A stretch of DNA of 64,000 nucleotides. Source: Nitrospirota bacterium (GTDB lineage Bacteria; Nitrospirota; UBA9217). Positions 31,244 through 41,494 of the stretch are shown here, piece by piece. The position numbers and the translations under genes were made by a program. The DNA is taken from contig CAVTRN010000002.1 in the NCBI GenBank assembly GCA_963737155.1, positions 1,376,001 to 1,440,000 on the forward strand, in the 5' to 3' direction. Under the pieces are notes generated by a model. That model had not been told where the DNA came from. It was given only the letters and a program-made list of their open reading frames with translations, and ran no database searches. Position 1 is the first letter of the stretch. Every line of letters begins with the position of its first letter.

Positions 31244-32485
31244 CTATTTCCGGAACCGTCTGAAGATCAGGCAGGCATTTGTCCCGCCGAAACCAAAGGA
31301 GTTGGACATGGCCACATCCGCCTGAACCGTTCTCGACGTATGTGGAATGTAGTCCAGATCGCATTCCGGGTCGGGATTATCAAGATTGATGGTCGGCGGC
31401 AGAAGACCTCGGTCGAGGGCCAAAATGGTGATAACTGCCTCCACGCCGCCAGCGGCGCCGAGTAGGTGACCAATCATAGACTTCGTGGAGCTTATCGGTA
31501 TTTTGTAGGCATGGTCTCCAAAGACGGTCTTGATGGCGATTGACTCAAGCTCGTCACCGTATTTGGTCGATGTGCCATGGGCGTTGATATAGCCCATCTC
31601 CGCAGGGGATATGCCCGCGTCTTTGACAGCCATCTTCATGCATCGTGCTGCCCCTTCACCGTTCGGCGCTGGCGCTGTTATGTGATACGCGTCACCAGAG
31701 GCGCCGTAGCCGATCACCTCTGCATAGATGCGTGCGCCGCGCTTTTCGGCACACTCGAGGCCTTCAAGAACGACAACGCCCGAGCCTTCGCCCATGATGA
31801 ACCCGTCGCGCTCTGTGTCGAAAGGACGGCTTGCGCGTTGAGGTTCGTCGTTCCGCGTGGAGAGTGCCTTCATGGCGTTGAATCCACCGACGCCGAGCGG
31901 ACAGATACATGATTCAGTTCCGCCCGCGATTATCGCATCAGCATCGCCGCGCTCAATTGTCCTGAAAGCCTCACCGATGGAATGAGTGCCGGTCGCGCAG
32001 GCCGTTACCACGCAGATATTGGGGCCCTTTGCGCCATACCTGATGGAAAGAATACCGGCCGCTTCGTTGATAATGAGCATGGGGATGAAGAATGGGGTGA
32101 TTTTCCGGTATCCGCGTTCGAGGTATATCTTGTGATATTTCTCGATGGCAGGAAGTCCGCCCATGCCGGAGCTGACCATGATACCGACGCGTTCGGCGTT
32201 CTCCGGCGTGATTTTGATCCCCGAAGTATCCACGGCCATCTGGCTTGCGGCGATCGCCAGATGGATAAAGCGGTCCATTTTCTTTATTTCTTTCAGCTCG
32301 ATATAATTTTCCGGCACAAAACCATGGATATCGCCGGCAATCTGCGTCGGAATGCTTTTGTCATCGAACCGAGTTATAGGACCGATTCCCGAATTCCCGT
32401 TGATCAAGCCCGTCCAGCTTGTTTCCGTGTCAAGCCCGACCGGCGTGATCATGCCGATGCCGGTGACCACTACTCTTCTCTTCAA
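31244..32485 (-). CDS. fabF: Beta-ketoacyl-ACP synthase II
   Basis: TTG start after AGGAGG; [30 protein letters not shown]. Confidence 0.97.
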   Translation of the reverse strand: MKRRVVVTGIGMITPVGLDTETSWTGLINGNSGIGPITRFDDKSIPTQIAGDIHGFVPENYIELKEIKKMDRFIHLAIAASQMAVDTSGIKITPENAERVGIMVSSGMGGLPAIEKYHKIYLERGYRKITPFFIPMLIINEAAGILSIRYGAKGPNICVVTACATGTHSIGEAFRTIERGDADAIIAGGTESCICPLGVGGFNAMKALSTRNDEPQRASRPFDTERDGFIMGEGSGVVVLEGLECAEKRGARIYAEVIGYGASGDAYHITAPAPNGEGAARCMKMAVKDAGISPAEMGYINAHGTSTKYGDELESIAIKTVFGDHAYKIPISSTKSMIGHLLGAAGGVEAVITILALDRGLLPPTINLDNPDPECDLDYIPHTSRTVQADVAMSNSFGFGGTNACLIFRRFRK

Positions 32486-32611
32486 CGATGAATCCTCCTG
32501 GATAAAAATCCGAAAAGCCAAAAAATCCGCTCTCGCGTTTGCGGGATGGGTCTTCTGGCTTTTGGAATTTCGTACGAGATGATTATTTGGTAATTGGTAC
32601 TACGAACGCCG

Positions 32612-32848
32612 TTATTTTTGTTTTGCCTTGATGTAATCCGCTGCATTCTGGACAGTTGCGATCTTTTCAGCATCTTCATCAGGAATTTCGATGCCGAATT
32701 CCTCTTCAAGTGCCATAACCAGTTCCACTGTGTCGAGTGAATCGGCACCAAGATCGTTCACGAATGAGGCCTCAGGTTTCACATCTCCTTCGGGTACGCC
32801 GAGCTGCTCAGAAATGATTTTTTTTACTTTTGCGTCTATATCTGCCAT
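32612..32848 (-). CDS. acpP: Acyl carrier protein
   Basis: [20 protein letters not shown]. Confidence 0.98.
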   Translation of the reverse strand: MADIDAKVKKIISEQLGVPEGDVKPEASFVNDLGADSLDTVELVMALEEEFGIEIPDEDAEKIATVQNAADYIKAKQK

Positions 32849-32924
32849 TGTCATCCTCCTCCGGTAATGTGTCTATCTATGAGCCTCATGTATTTGATTC
32901 ATATTATTTAAATTAGATGGACTT

Positions 32925-33665
32925 CTACATGTACATTCCACCGTTCACGTGGATGACCTGACCGGTGATGTACGATGCCCACGGAGAAGCTAGGAAGCGG
33001 ACCGCGTTCGCGACATCTTCCGGCGTACCGAGTTTCCCCATGGGGATCTGTTTTGCGAGTTCCTGCCGGACATTCTCGGTTAGGGCTTGCGTCATTGCGG
33101 TTTCAATAAACCCCGGTGCAACGGCATTGGCCGTGATATTGCGGTTTGCATATTCCCGGGCAATAGTCTTGGTAAGACCGATGAGGCCGGCTTTGGATGC
33201 AACGTAATTCGCCTGGCCCGCGTTCCCCATGGCACCGACGATAGAGGCGATGTTAATGATGGTGCCTGATCTCTGTTTTGTCATGTATTTCAGAGCGGCT
33301 TTCGCGCAAAGAAAGGCGCCTTTCAAATTTATGCTGAGCACCAGATCCCAATCTTCGTCCTTCATCCGGAGAATGAGACCGTCGCGGGTGATACCAGCGT
33401 TGTTCACCAAGATGTCCACCCTGCCGAAATTTTCTACGACCTGTTCCATCATAGCGGTTACATCCGCGGACACGGCAACATTGGCCTTGAGAGCCAAGGT
33501 TTTTTTCCCTTTAGCCGCTATGTCCGCAGCGGTCTTTTGCGCCGCCTCGAGGTTGACGTCGCAAAGCGCGACATCGGCGCCATCATTCGCGAGCGCGAGC
33601 GTGATATCCCTGCCGATCCCCTGTGCCGCACCTGTGACAAGAGCTACTTTTCCGCTGAGACTCAT
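32925..33665 (-). CDS. fabG: 3-oxoacyl-ACP reductase
   Basis: TGAAQGIG, NNAGITRD, YVASK, VNGGM. Confidence 0.97.
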   Translation of the reverse strand: MSLSGKVALVTGAAQGIGRDITLALANDGADVALCDVNLEAAQKTAADIAAKGKKTLALKANVAVSADVTAMMEQVVENFGRVDILVNNAGITRDGLILRMKDEDWDLVLSINLKGAFLCAKAALKYMTKQRSGTIINIASIVGAMGNAGQANYVASKAGLIGLTKTIAREYANRNITANAVAPGFIETAMTQALTENVRQELAKQIPMGKLGTPEDVANAVRFLASPWASYITGQVIHVNGGMYM

Positions 33666-33740
33666 TGTTGCTCCATAAATACAGCGGTCATGGCTAAGAT
33701 CATATCCCTAACCCGTGTTGCTTAACCACTGGCATTATTT

Positions 33741-34673
33741 TTAAATTCCCAGAGCGCCAAGCGTGACATTCATGCTCTTTCTGTCTTCCACGTTCAACAC
33801 TTTTGCATCTTGTGCAATTTTTTTCACCAGGGAGGAGAGCACCTTGCCGGGCCCGATTTCGATGAAGGTGTCGAATCCCCGGGAAATCATGTTCCTGATT
33901 GAATCTTCCCAGTAAAGCGGCGAACTGATCTGCTTTATGAGCGATTGCCGTAGATCGGAGGCTTTCTCCAAAAACTTGGCATCCGCGTTGTTCACAATCG
34001 GAATGTTGAGGTCGCTGAGAACGACTTTTTCAAGTTCTTTTTCGAGCCGTTCACTGGCTTTTTTCATCATTATGCTATGCGATGGAACGCTTACCATCAA
34101 AGGGACTACTTTTTTTGCTCCTGCGGCTTTGGCGAGTTCCATGGCTTTTTCCACGGCCTGCTTTTCACCGGCAATGACGATCTGGCCAGGCGAGTTGTAA
34201 TTTGCAGGGGCAACTATACCATTTTTGGCAGCTTCAAGGCAAGTTTTTTCTACGTCGCTTCGCTCCATGCCCAGAATTGCGGCCATGAGTCCTGCTCCCG
34301 ATGGCACGGCTTCCTGCATGTACCTGCCTCGCTTTCTGACCAGCGCAATTGCGTCTTTGAGCTCAAATCCGCCCGCAGCGGTAATTGCCGTAAATTCTCC
34401 GAGACTATGGCCGACGGCCGCTTCAGCGGTTAAGCCTCTACGTTCTAGGGGCCTCAGGATCGCAATGCTTGCCGCGAGAATCGCCGGCTGAGTGTTTTCT
34501 GTCATGTTCAGCTGCTCAAGAGGTCCGGCCATGCACAGATGAACAAGATCATAACCTAGTACGGTACTGGCAACGTCGAATACCTCTTTCGACTCGCGGT
34601 AATATTCGATGAATTCCTTTGCCATGCCAGCATACTGAGATCCTTGGCCGGGGAACATAAACGCAATTTTCAT
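33741..34673 (-). CDS. fabD: Malonyl-CoA:ACP transacylase
   Basis: FPGQGSQ, GHSLGE, ANYNSP.Q, EIGPG.VL. Confidence 0.97.
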   Translation of the reverse strand: MKIAFMFPGQGSQYAGMAKEFIEYYRESKEVFDVASTVLGYDLVHLCMAGPLEQLNMTENTQPAILAASIAILRPLERRGLTAEAAVGHSLGEFTAITAAGGFELKDAIALVRKRGRYMQEAVPSGAGLMAAILGMERSDVEKTCLEAAKNGIVAPANYNSPGQIVIAGEKQAVEKAMELAKAAGAKKVVPLMVSVPSHSIMMKKASERLEKELEKVVLSDLNIPIVNNADAKFLEKASDLRQSLIKQISSPLYWEDSIRNMISRGFDTFIEIGPGKVLSSLVKKIAQDAKVLNVEDRKSMNVTLGALGI

Positions 34674-34696
34674 GAAATAACCCTGATATTAATTCA

Positions 34697-34767
34697 GCCG
34701 CAGATTTATACAGGTGCACGCAGATTTCCTTCGTTCCGACAGTCATTTTCTGCGGTTATCTGCTGCC
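34697..34767. repeat. 9-nt-periodic inverted repeat
   Basis: CGCAGATTT/ATACAGGTG/CACGCAGAT units opposed by TTCTGCGGT/TATCTGCTG. Confidence 0.4.
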
Positions 34768-34776
34768 AAAAAATTC

Positions 34777-35967
34777 TCATCCTCTCATTTCACGGATTTT
34801 CTTGATCATGATCGGAACAACTTCATGCACATCGCCAACAATGCCATAAGTGGCGACGTTAAAGATAGGCGCATCGGGATCCCTATTGATAGCCACGATG
34901 ACATCTGATGACTGCATACCGGCGACATGCTGGACTGCTCCGGAGATTCCGCAGGCGATATAGAGTTTGGGACAGACGGTTTTTCCTGTCTGTCCCACCT
35001 GGTGGGGATAAGGGATCCATCCTTCATCCACCGCTCCCCTAGTGGCTGCAACAGCGCCTCCTAGCACTTTTGCCAGCTCTTCAATCAGCTGGAAATTCGC
35101 GGCATTGCCGAGGCCGCGCCCTCCGGCCACGATGATGTCTGCCTCGCAGATGTTCACGGTTTCGCCCAGTGCTTCCACCGTTTTAATGACCTTGGTGCGC
35201 AGATTGTCTGACTGTGAGTACTTGATATCGATAATGTCACCTGTCCGGGAATCATCGCGAGGCGAGGGTTTCATAACTTTATGTCTGACTGTTGCCATTT
35301 GGGGGCGATGATTCGGTGTGACGATGGTAGCCATAATATTGCCGCCGAAGGCCGGGCGGGTCTGATGCAAGTTTCCGGTTTCCGCATCGATGTCGAGCAT
35401 GGTGCAATCGGCGGTAAGGCCGGTGCCAAGTGCTGAAGCGACTTTAGGAAAGAATGACCGGCCAATGGCTGTCGCGCCGGCGAGGATGATCTCGGGTTTG
35501 TGCTGTTTCGCGAGAGTGGTTAGGATCGCGGCATAGGAGTCATCATTGAAATCCTTCAGTGCAGCGTTGTCCGCTACATAGACGATGTCGGCTCCGTGCG
35601 CTATAAGGTCCTTAACCTGTCCCTTAATTCCGTGGCCGATAAAGACAGCGGATAGTTTGGTTTCCTTTTTGCCGGCGAGCTTCCTACCTTCCCCGAGAAG
35701 TTCCAGCGCGACGCTTGAGATGTCTCCCTTATGTTGTTCGGCGAAAACCCATACGCCCTTGTATGCCGAATGATCGACAGCAGGCGTTGCATCCTCACCG
35801 GTTCGCTCAATGGCCTTGAATTCGCAGACTTCAATGCAGGCACCGCACATGGTGCATGCTTCGGTAATATAGGCCTTGCCGTCGCGCATCTCGATTGCGC
35901 CAAACGGGCATGCAATTACGCACTTTTCGCAGGCTGTGCAGGTATCGGATATAATACGAACACTCAC
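34777..35967 (-). CDS. etfA: Electron transfer flavoprotein alpha subunit with N-terminal 2x[4Fe-4S] ferredoxin domain
   Basis: CTACEKCVIACP and CTMCGACIEVC; GLTADCT, RPAFGGN, QVGQTGKTV.P.LYIACGISGAVQH; GTG start after AAGGAG. Confidence 0.95.
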   Translation of the reverse strand: MSVRIISDTCTACEKCVIACPFGAIEMRDGKAYITEACTMCGACIEVCEFKAIERTGEDATPAVDHSAYKGVWVFAEQHKGDISSVALELLGEGRKLAGKKETKLSAVFIGHGIKGQVKDLIAHGADIVYVADNAALKDFNDDSYAAILTTLAKQHKPEIILAGATAIGRSFFPKVASALGTGLTADCTMLDIDAETGNLHQTRPAFGGNIMATIVTPNHRPQMATVRHKVMKPSPRDDSRTGDIIDIKYSQSDNLRTKVIKTVEALGETVNICEADIIVAGGRGLGNAANFQLIEELAKVLGGAVAATRGAVDEGWIPYPHQVGQTGKTVCPKLYIACGISGAVQHVAGMQSSDVIVAINRDPDAPIFNVATYGIVGDVHEVVPIMIKKIREMRG

Positions 35968-36060
35968 TGGGAACTCCTTGAAATTAGAATGCATCTAGCG
36001 GATTGCAGATGAAAGCCTGAAACGTTTTGCATCCAAGGTTTTGGCTTTATATGTCTTCTG

Positions 36061-36846
36061 CTAAATCAGCGACTGCTCTTTCAACTTCCGGACGAGCGTC
36101 GTTATCTGATCTTCCATATTTCCGGTCAGTATTTCTCTCTGTCCGCGGGGAGCAGGAGGGAATATCCTGACAACTTTCGTCGGCGACCCTTTCAACCCGC
36201 ATTTGTTCTCGTCCGCATTTATGTCTTTTGCGTTCCAAATCGTCACTTTGAGGCTTTTTGCTTTCATCTTGCCCCTGAGCGAGGGAACTCTAGGCTGGTT
36301 GATCTCCTTCACGACTGAAATAAGCGCGGGCAGGGACGTCTCAACCACGTCATGACCTTCGTCCATGAGACGCTCGACCACCATCTTATATCCCTTGACC
36401 TGTTCGATCTTCCTTATATAAGCGACAAAGGGGATGCCGAGCATGTCGGCGGTCTCGGGACCGACTTGAGCTGTATCGCCATCGATGGCCTGCTTACCGG
36501 CGATGATGAGGTCGAAGTCACCCAATTTTCTGATCCCCTGAGAAAGGGCGTAGGACGTGGCCCACGTATCGGCTCCCGCAAAGGACCTGTCGGACAGAAG
36601 AACCGCGTCGTCAACGCCCAGGGAGACGGCTTCCTTGAGCGCCTCTGCAGCCTGAGGCGGGCCCATAGTGAATGCGGTTACTTTGCCGCCATGTTTTTCA
36701 CGGAGTCGAAGGGCCTCTTCGATGGCATACATATCATAGGGATTGATGATGCTCGGCACACCATCGCGTATGAGCGTATTGGTTTCACGGTTGATCTTAA
36801 CTTCCGATGTATCCGGTACCTGTTTGACAAGTACTACGATATGCAT
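36061..36846 (-). CDS. etfB: Electron transfer flavoprotein beta subunit
   Basis: VKQVPDT, INPYD, MGPPQA, DRSFAGADTWATS, GKQAIDGDTAQVGP. Confidence 0.96.
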   Translation of the reverse strand: MHIVVLVKQVPDTSEVKINRETNTLIRDGVPSIINPYDMYAIEEALRLREKHGGKVTAFTMGPPQAAEALKEAVSLGVDDAVLLSDRSFAGADTWATSYALSQGIRKLGDFDLIIAGKQAIDGDTAQVGPETADMLGIPFVAYIRKIEQVKGYKMVVERLMDEGHDVVETSLPALISVVKEINQPRVPSLRGKMKAKSLKVTIWNAKDINADENKCGLKGSPTKVVRIFPPAPRGQREILTGNMEDQITTLVRKLKEQSLI

Positions 36847-36869
36847 GCGATTTCTCCGAAATCGAGCTT

Positions 36870-36946
36870 GAAAAGTCTAATGAGTCTAATGTATTGTTCG
36901 TTTTTATTACTCTTCAGACTCTATGAATTCTCAGATGTTCGACTCC
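36870..36946. repeat. 9-nt-periodic inverted repeat
   Basis: AAAAGTCTA/ATGAGTCTA units opposed by TACTCTTC/AGACTCTAT/GAATTCTCA. Confidence 0.45.
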
Positions 36947-36947
36947 T

Positions 36948-38105
36948 TTACTTCTGCCTTGTAACTTCCTTGATCATGTCGAGCGCAATGACGTTCCGCT
37001 GAATCTGGTTGGTGCCCTCATATATCTGTAGGATTTTCGCGTCGCGCATCATTTTCTCGACGGGGTATTCCCTCATATAACCTGAACCACCCATGATCTG
37101 GACCGCATCAGTCGTTACTTTCATCGCAGTGTCTGTTGCAAAGAGCTTGGCCATGGCTGAAGCACGGGAGACATCTTTGGCGCCGGTGTCCACGAAGCGT
37201 GCCACCGAATAGACGAGCGACCGGGCCGCTTCGGTCATGGTTTGCATGTCTGCCAGCATGTGCTGGATGGCTTGGAAGGACGTAATAGGCTGGCCGAACT
37301 GGACTCGCTGTTTGGCAAACTTGATCGCTTCGTCGATGGCCCCCTGAGCTACACCAACTCCCTGGGCGCCTACACCTGTCCGGGAACTGTCAAGGGTCTT
37401 CATGGCGACGATGAAACCCATGCCTTCCTTTGCGATGAGATTTTCCTTGGGGATACGGCAATTGCTGAAAATGAGTTCGGTTGTGGATGAAGCCCGGATT
37501 CCCATTTTGTTCTCTTTTTTCCCGAAGGTGAATCCAGGAGTGCCCTTTTCGACGATGAAGGCCGATGCTCCCCGGGCGCCCTTCGATCTGTCGGTAATGG
37601 CAATGATAGTGTAAATTCCTGCCTCGCCGCCGTTCGTGATCCACTGTTTGGTGCCATTTAGCACATACTCATTTCCTTCGAGATTCGCAGTGGTTTGAAC
37701 GCCACCGGCGTCGCTGCCGGCATTCGCCTCGGTGAGGCCGAAGGCTACGAAACGCTTCCCCGATGCGATATCGGGAAGATATTTCTTCTTATGCGCATCT
37801 GTTCCATAGAGCAGAATGGGGTAGGTGCCGAGTGCGTTTGCCGCATAGCTCGTCGAGACGCCGACACATGCCTTGGAAAGCTCCTCAACGGTGATGCAGA
37901 GTTCCAGGGATTTTTTACCCAGCCCTCCGTACTCTTCGGGGATGTAGAGTGCGAGAAGGTCGGCCTGTGCCAGTGCCTTCATGATGTCCGAAGGGAATTT
38001 GTTGTGTTCGTCGAGCTCGGCGCGTACGGGAACGACCTTCTCAACGGCGATTTGCCGGGCGAGGTCGCGTATCATGATCTGTTCTTCAGTCAGCAAATAG
38101 TCCAT
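36948..38105 (-). CDS. Acyl-CoA dehydrogenase (butyryl-CoA dehydrogenase/CarC-like)
   Basis: FGLTEANAGSDA, NGTKQWITNG, KMGIRAS, QFGQPI, MGGSGY, IYEGTNQIQ (catalytic Glu). Confidence 0.96.
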   Translation of the reverse strand: MDYLLTEEQIMIRDLARQIAVEKVVPVRAELDEHNKFPSDIMKALAQADLLALYIPEEYGGLGKKSLELCITVEELSKACVGVSTSYAANALGTYPILLYGTDAHKKKYLPDIASGKRFVAFGLTEANAGSDAGGVQTTANLEGNEYVLNGTKQWITNGGEAGIYTIIAITDRSKGARGASAFIVEKGTPGFTFGKKENKMGIRASSTTELIFSNCRIPKENLIAKEGMGFIVAMKTLDSSRTGVGAQGVGVAQGAIDEAIKFAKQRVQFGQPITSFQAIQHMLADMQTMTEAARSLVYSVARFVDTGAKDVSRASAMAKLFATDTAMKVTTDAVQIMGGSGYMREYPVEKMMRDAKILQIYEGTNQIQRNVIALDMIKEVTRQK

Positions 38106-38147
38106 GGAGCCCTCCGATAACTATGAAAATGAACGATAAGAATACTG

Positions 38148-39128
38148 TTACCATCTCACCAGGGCAGATGCCCAGGTGAGACCTCCACCGAAAGCTTCAA
38201 ACAGGAGGAGATGGTTTTCTTTTATCCTGCCATCGCGGACTGCTTCATCAAGAGCCATCGGAATCGACGCTGCGGACGTATTCCCGTATTTGGGAAGTGT
38301 GAGAACGACTTTTTCCATCGGCATATTGAGACGCTGCGCCATGGCCTTTATGATTCTAAGATTCGCTTGGTGCGGCACGAGGTAGTCGATCTCTTCGGGC
38401 TTGACCTTGTTGTACTCAAGGGCTTCCTGCACGACACCCTCAAGCGCCCGTACAGCAGTTTTGAAAGTTTCGTTGCCTTTCATTTTTATAAAGTGCATCC
38501 GCCTACGGATAGTATCATGGGATGCTGGGTGCTGGGCGCCGCCGGCGGAAACATGAATCAAATCCTGAAGAGAACCATCGGAATGAAGATGGGTCGAGAG
38601 TATTCCTCGCTTGCCGGCATGCCGCTGTATCACGACCGCACCCGCACCGTCTCCGAAAAGAATGCATGTTGTGCGGTCCTCCCAGTCTGTGAACCGCGAA
38701 AGAACTTCTGCCCCGACGAGAAGGATGTTATTATACATGCCGGCGACGATGAATGCACTTGCAACGGACATTCCGTAGATGAACCCGGAGCAGGCAGCAT
38801 AGATGTCGAATGCGGCCGCTTTTTTTGCACCGAGCTTTTCCTGGAGCACGCAGCCCAAGCTTGGCAGGATCATGTCGGGCGTCATCGTGGCCACAAGAAC
38901 AAGGTCAAGTTCGTCCGGACCGAGTCCTGCAGCCTTGAGGGCCTTTTTGCTAGCTTCGTAAGCCAGGTCCGAGGTCGTCTGTCCTTTTTCGGCGATTCTT
39001 CGTTCCTTAATGCCGGTGCGTTCGGTGATCCATTGATCGCTGGTATCTACGAGCTTTTCCAGATCGTGATTGGAAATGACTTTTTTTGGTGCATAGGACC
39101 CGGTTCCTGTTATCAGTGCGTGGACCAT
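38148..39128 (-). CDS. fabH: Beta-ketoacyl-ACP synthase III
   Basis: AACSGF, LFGDGAGA, PHQAN, GNTSAAS, FGGGLTW. Confidence 0.97.
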   Translation of the reverse strand: MVHALITGTGSYAPKKVISNHDLEKLVDTSDQWITERTGIKERRIAEKGQTTSDLAYEASKKALKAAGLGPDELDLVLVATMTPDMILPSLGCVLQEKLGAKKAAAFDIYAACSGFIYGMSVASAFIVAGMYNNILLVGAEVLSRFTDWEDRTTCILFGDGAGAVVIQRHAGKRGILSTHLHSDGSLQDLIHVSAGGAQHPASHDTIRRRMHFIKMKGNETFKTAVRALEGVVQEALEYNKVKPEEIDYLVPHQANLRIIKAMAQRLNMPMEKVVLTLPKYGNTSAASIPMALDEAVRDGRIKENHLLLFEAFGGGLTWASALVRW

Positions 39129-40138
39129 TTGGTTTTGGTAAGCTCCATATTCTTTCCGATGTCATCGCGTATGCGTTTATTGACCTCGCTCATTGCGAGT
39201 TCGGTGGCAACACGGATTGCGTTTTTAATAGCTCGAGCGGACGAGCGGCCGTGACTGATGATGCTGATACCGTTTATGCCGATGAGGGGCGCCCCGCCGT
39301 ATTCCGCGTAATCGACGCGGTGTCTGAGTGAGTTGAAGGCCGGCCGCATCAGCAGATAGCCGAGTTTGTTGATTAAGCTCTTTTCAATGTCCTTGCGGAG
39401 AAACGTCCCAATTGCTTCAGCGACAGCCTCGGAGACCTTGAGGACGACATTTCCGATGAAACCATCGCAAACGATCACGTCCGCTTTACCTGACATGACA
39501 TCGCGTCCTTCGACGTTCCCGATGAAATTCAACGAAGTTTCGGTAAGGAGCTTGAATGCTTCCTTGGTTAATTCGTTACCCTTCGTTTCCTCTTCACCAA
39601 TGGACAAAAGCCCAACTCGAGGATTCGGATTTTTCAGGAGGTACCTGGCATATACATCACCCATGACCGCGAACTGCAAAAGGTGATTCGGTTTGCAATC
39701 AACATTTGCACCCATGTCGAGGATGATGGATGTTCCCGTGATCGTCGGCATGAAAGTGGCTATGGCAGGACGCTCCACGCCTTCAATCCTGCCAAGTACA
39801 AAGAGCGACGTCGACATGGCCGCACCGGTATGGCCCGCGCTGATGACTGCGGATGCTTCTCCGTTTTTCACCAATTCATTGGCTACTCGGATAGATGAGT
39901 CTTTCTTTCTGCGAAAGACCGTGGCGGGAGAATCATGCATGTCCACCACTTCCGTTGCATTCAGAATTTCAAGAGGGAGTACTTTCGCGGACGGGTACTT
40001 GTCGAGTTCTTGCCGGACAAGCTGTTCAATGCCGACAAGGATGATGCCAACTCCCAACTCCTGAGCGGCCAGTACCGAACCCGCAACAATGGCCTGTGGT
40101 GCGTTGTCTCCCCCCATCGTATCAACGGCAATCTTCAT
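39113..40138 (-). CDS. plsX: Phosphate acyltransferase PlsX
   Basis: IAVD.MGGD.AP, SAGHTGA, LDMGAN, DGFIGNV.LK, HGRSS. Confidence 0.97.
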   Translation of the reverse strand: MKIAVDTMGGDNAPQAIVAGSVLAAQELGVGIILVGIEQLVRQELDKYPSAKVLPLEILNATEVVDMHDSPATVFRRKKDSSIRVANELVKNGEASAVISAGHTGAAMSTSLFVLGRIEGVERPAIATFMPTITGTSIILDMGANVDCKPNHLLQFAVMGDVYARYLLKNPNPRVGLLSIGEEETKGNELTKEAFKLLTETSLNFIGNVEGRDVMSGKADVIVCDGFIGNVVLKVSEAVAEAIGTFLRKDIEKSLINKLGYLLMRPAFNSLRHRVDYAEYGGAPLIGINGISIISHGRSSARAIKNAIRVATELAMSEVNKRIRDDIGKNMELTKTKWSTH

Positions 40139-40153
40139 ATAGACTTTCTACAA

Positions 40154-40202
40154 TATAAAAGGCAAAGGAATATACCGAAAAGATAGTATCTCCCTTTGCC
40201 TT
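40154..40202 (-). terminator. Intrinsic terminator/attenuator between rpmF and plsX
   Basis: AAGGCAAAGG...CCTTTGCCTT inverted repeat, with a T tract on the minus strand. Confidence 0.5.
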
Positions 40203-40215
40203 CAAGCAAGCGTCG

Positions 40216-40398
40216 TTATATCTGTTGAACAGTTACGATCTCGCGGCCATTGTAGGTGCCGCATGACATGCAGGCATGGTGAGGCTTTTTAACTTCCTGA
40301 CACTGTGGGCAGGCCGTTAGATTCGGGGCCTTGAGGTGTTTATGAGTGCGCCTCTTGTCCCGTCGTGATTTGGAATGTCTGTGTTTTGGATTTGCCAT
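40216..40398 (-). CDS. rpmF: 50S ribosomal protein L32 (zinc-ribbon form)
   Basis: MANPKHRHSKSRRDKRRTH, CPQC, CMSCG.Y. Confidence 0.97.
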   Translation of the reverse strand: MANPKHRHSKSRRDKRRTHKHLKAPNLTACPQCQEVKKPHHACMSCGTYNGREIVTVQQI

Positions 40399-40417
40399 GA
40401 TTGTAGAGTGCTCCTTT

Positions 40418-40933
40418 TTATTTTTTTAGTAAATCTTTTAACGCTGAAAATGCACCGAAGTCTCCCGGTGCATTTCGCTGATGACCACATTCTGTTTTAT
40501 TTAGGTCCGTCCCACAGACACTGCAAAGTCCTTTACACCCGGGATTATGCAGCGGTACCATGGGAATGGATATCATCAACTGTTCTTTGATGATATCCAA
40601 AGGTTCAATTTCATCGCCATCGTAAAACTCCATGTCCATTTCGCCGCTGACAAGTTCATATTCGCCATCGGTGTCAATGGAATTTATCGGTGCAAGGTCG
40701 AAATTTAATTCCGTATCAATGTCAAAAGTGAAGCGCTCCAAGCATCGGCTGCATTCCAGTAGGGGCTGGGCCTTTACCTGCCCTGAGATATGCAGAATGC
40801 CGCCTTTCATCGGTTTGATGCTGAAAACAGCTGTAAATGAAGTAGATTTTGTCCCAGTATCGAATAGATCGATCGGCTGCCCAAGCTTCAGTGTTAGCCC
40901 TTGCGGCGGTATATCATTGATATTGATTACCAT
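40418..40933 (-). CDS. yceD: DUF177/YceD family protein
   Basis: CSRCL, P..PL....CKGLCSVCG.DLN; position upstream of rpmF. Confidence 0.93.
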   Translation of the reverse strand: MVININDIPPQGLTLKLGQPIDLFDTGTKSTSFTAVFSIKPMKGGILHISGQVKAQPLLECSRCLERFTFDIDTELNFDLAPINSIDTDGEYELVSGEMDMEFYDGDEIEPLDIIKEQLMISIPMVPLHNPGCKGLCSVCGTDLNKTECGHQRNAPGDFGAFSALKDLLKK

Positions 40934-41494
40934 TTCTTTTACTCCAAGGGCTGTAAGTGACGAATTATATAGAGAAGCTCCCGATTTGTCAAGAAAAAAT
41001 AAAAAATGCCGATATCCTTATTGATCAATGTCTCGATTTGTCGAAAGTGAAATACCGCCAAGTCAGGAACCATCAATGTTCCACGTCTGGCAATCTCCAA
41101 CGAATCGGAAGCCTTTCTTGAATAGATCCCTGCGCGAAACAAGTGCTTTTGACTAGAGCATGCTCGTATCGGCAAAGATTGTTGCCAGCGATGTGTTTGT
41201 CTTTATCATTTTGGGAATCCTTGATACAGACCGTAAAGGGCTGTTTCTAAAGTGCATGTCGTATTGATGGGGGGCATGTTCGTGCAATTGCATTATGCTC
41301 ATGCAGGTTATGTTCCCATGTCTTCTCAACCGCAAGGCATAAAATAGATGCGGTCTAACTGCCGGACGAGGGAAAAAGGGAAAAACCGCACGAGCGGCGA
41401 AAGACCTTGACCACACTCGCCGATTAGGCAGAACAGTCTCAACGTGTACCCGGAGAAAATAGCGCGGAGGGAAAAGAATAACACCCGGCAGAAA

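Noticed and set aside
38211-39254. 347-aa plus-strand ORF and other long antisense ORFs (1978..2571, 15274..15933, 36352..37002, 52816..53544, 55554..56273)
   Set aside because: Shadow frames opposite well-supported genes, with no family motifs.
41020-41300. Histidine kinase remnant (LDLSKV-like fragment)
   Set aside because: Only a six-residue resemblance; not enough to call.
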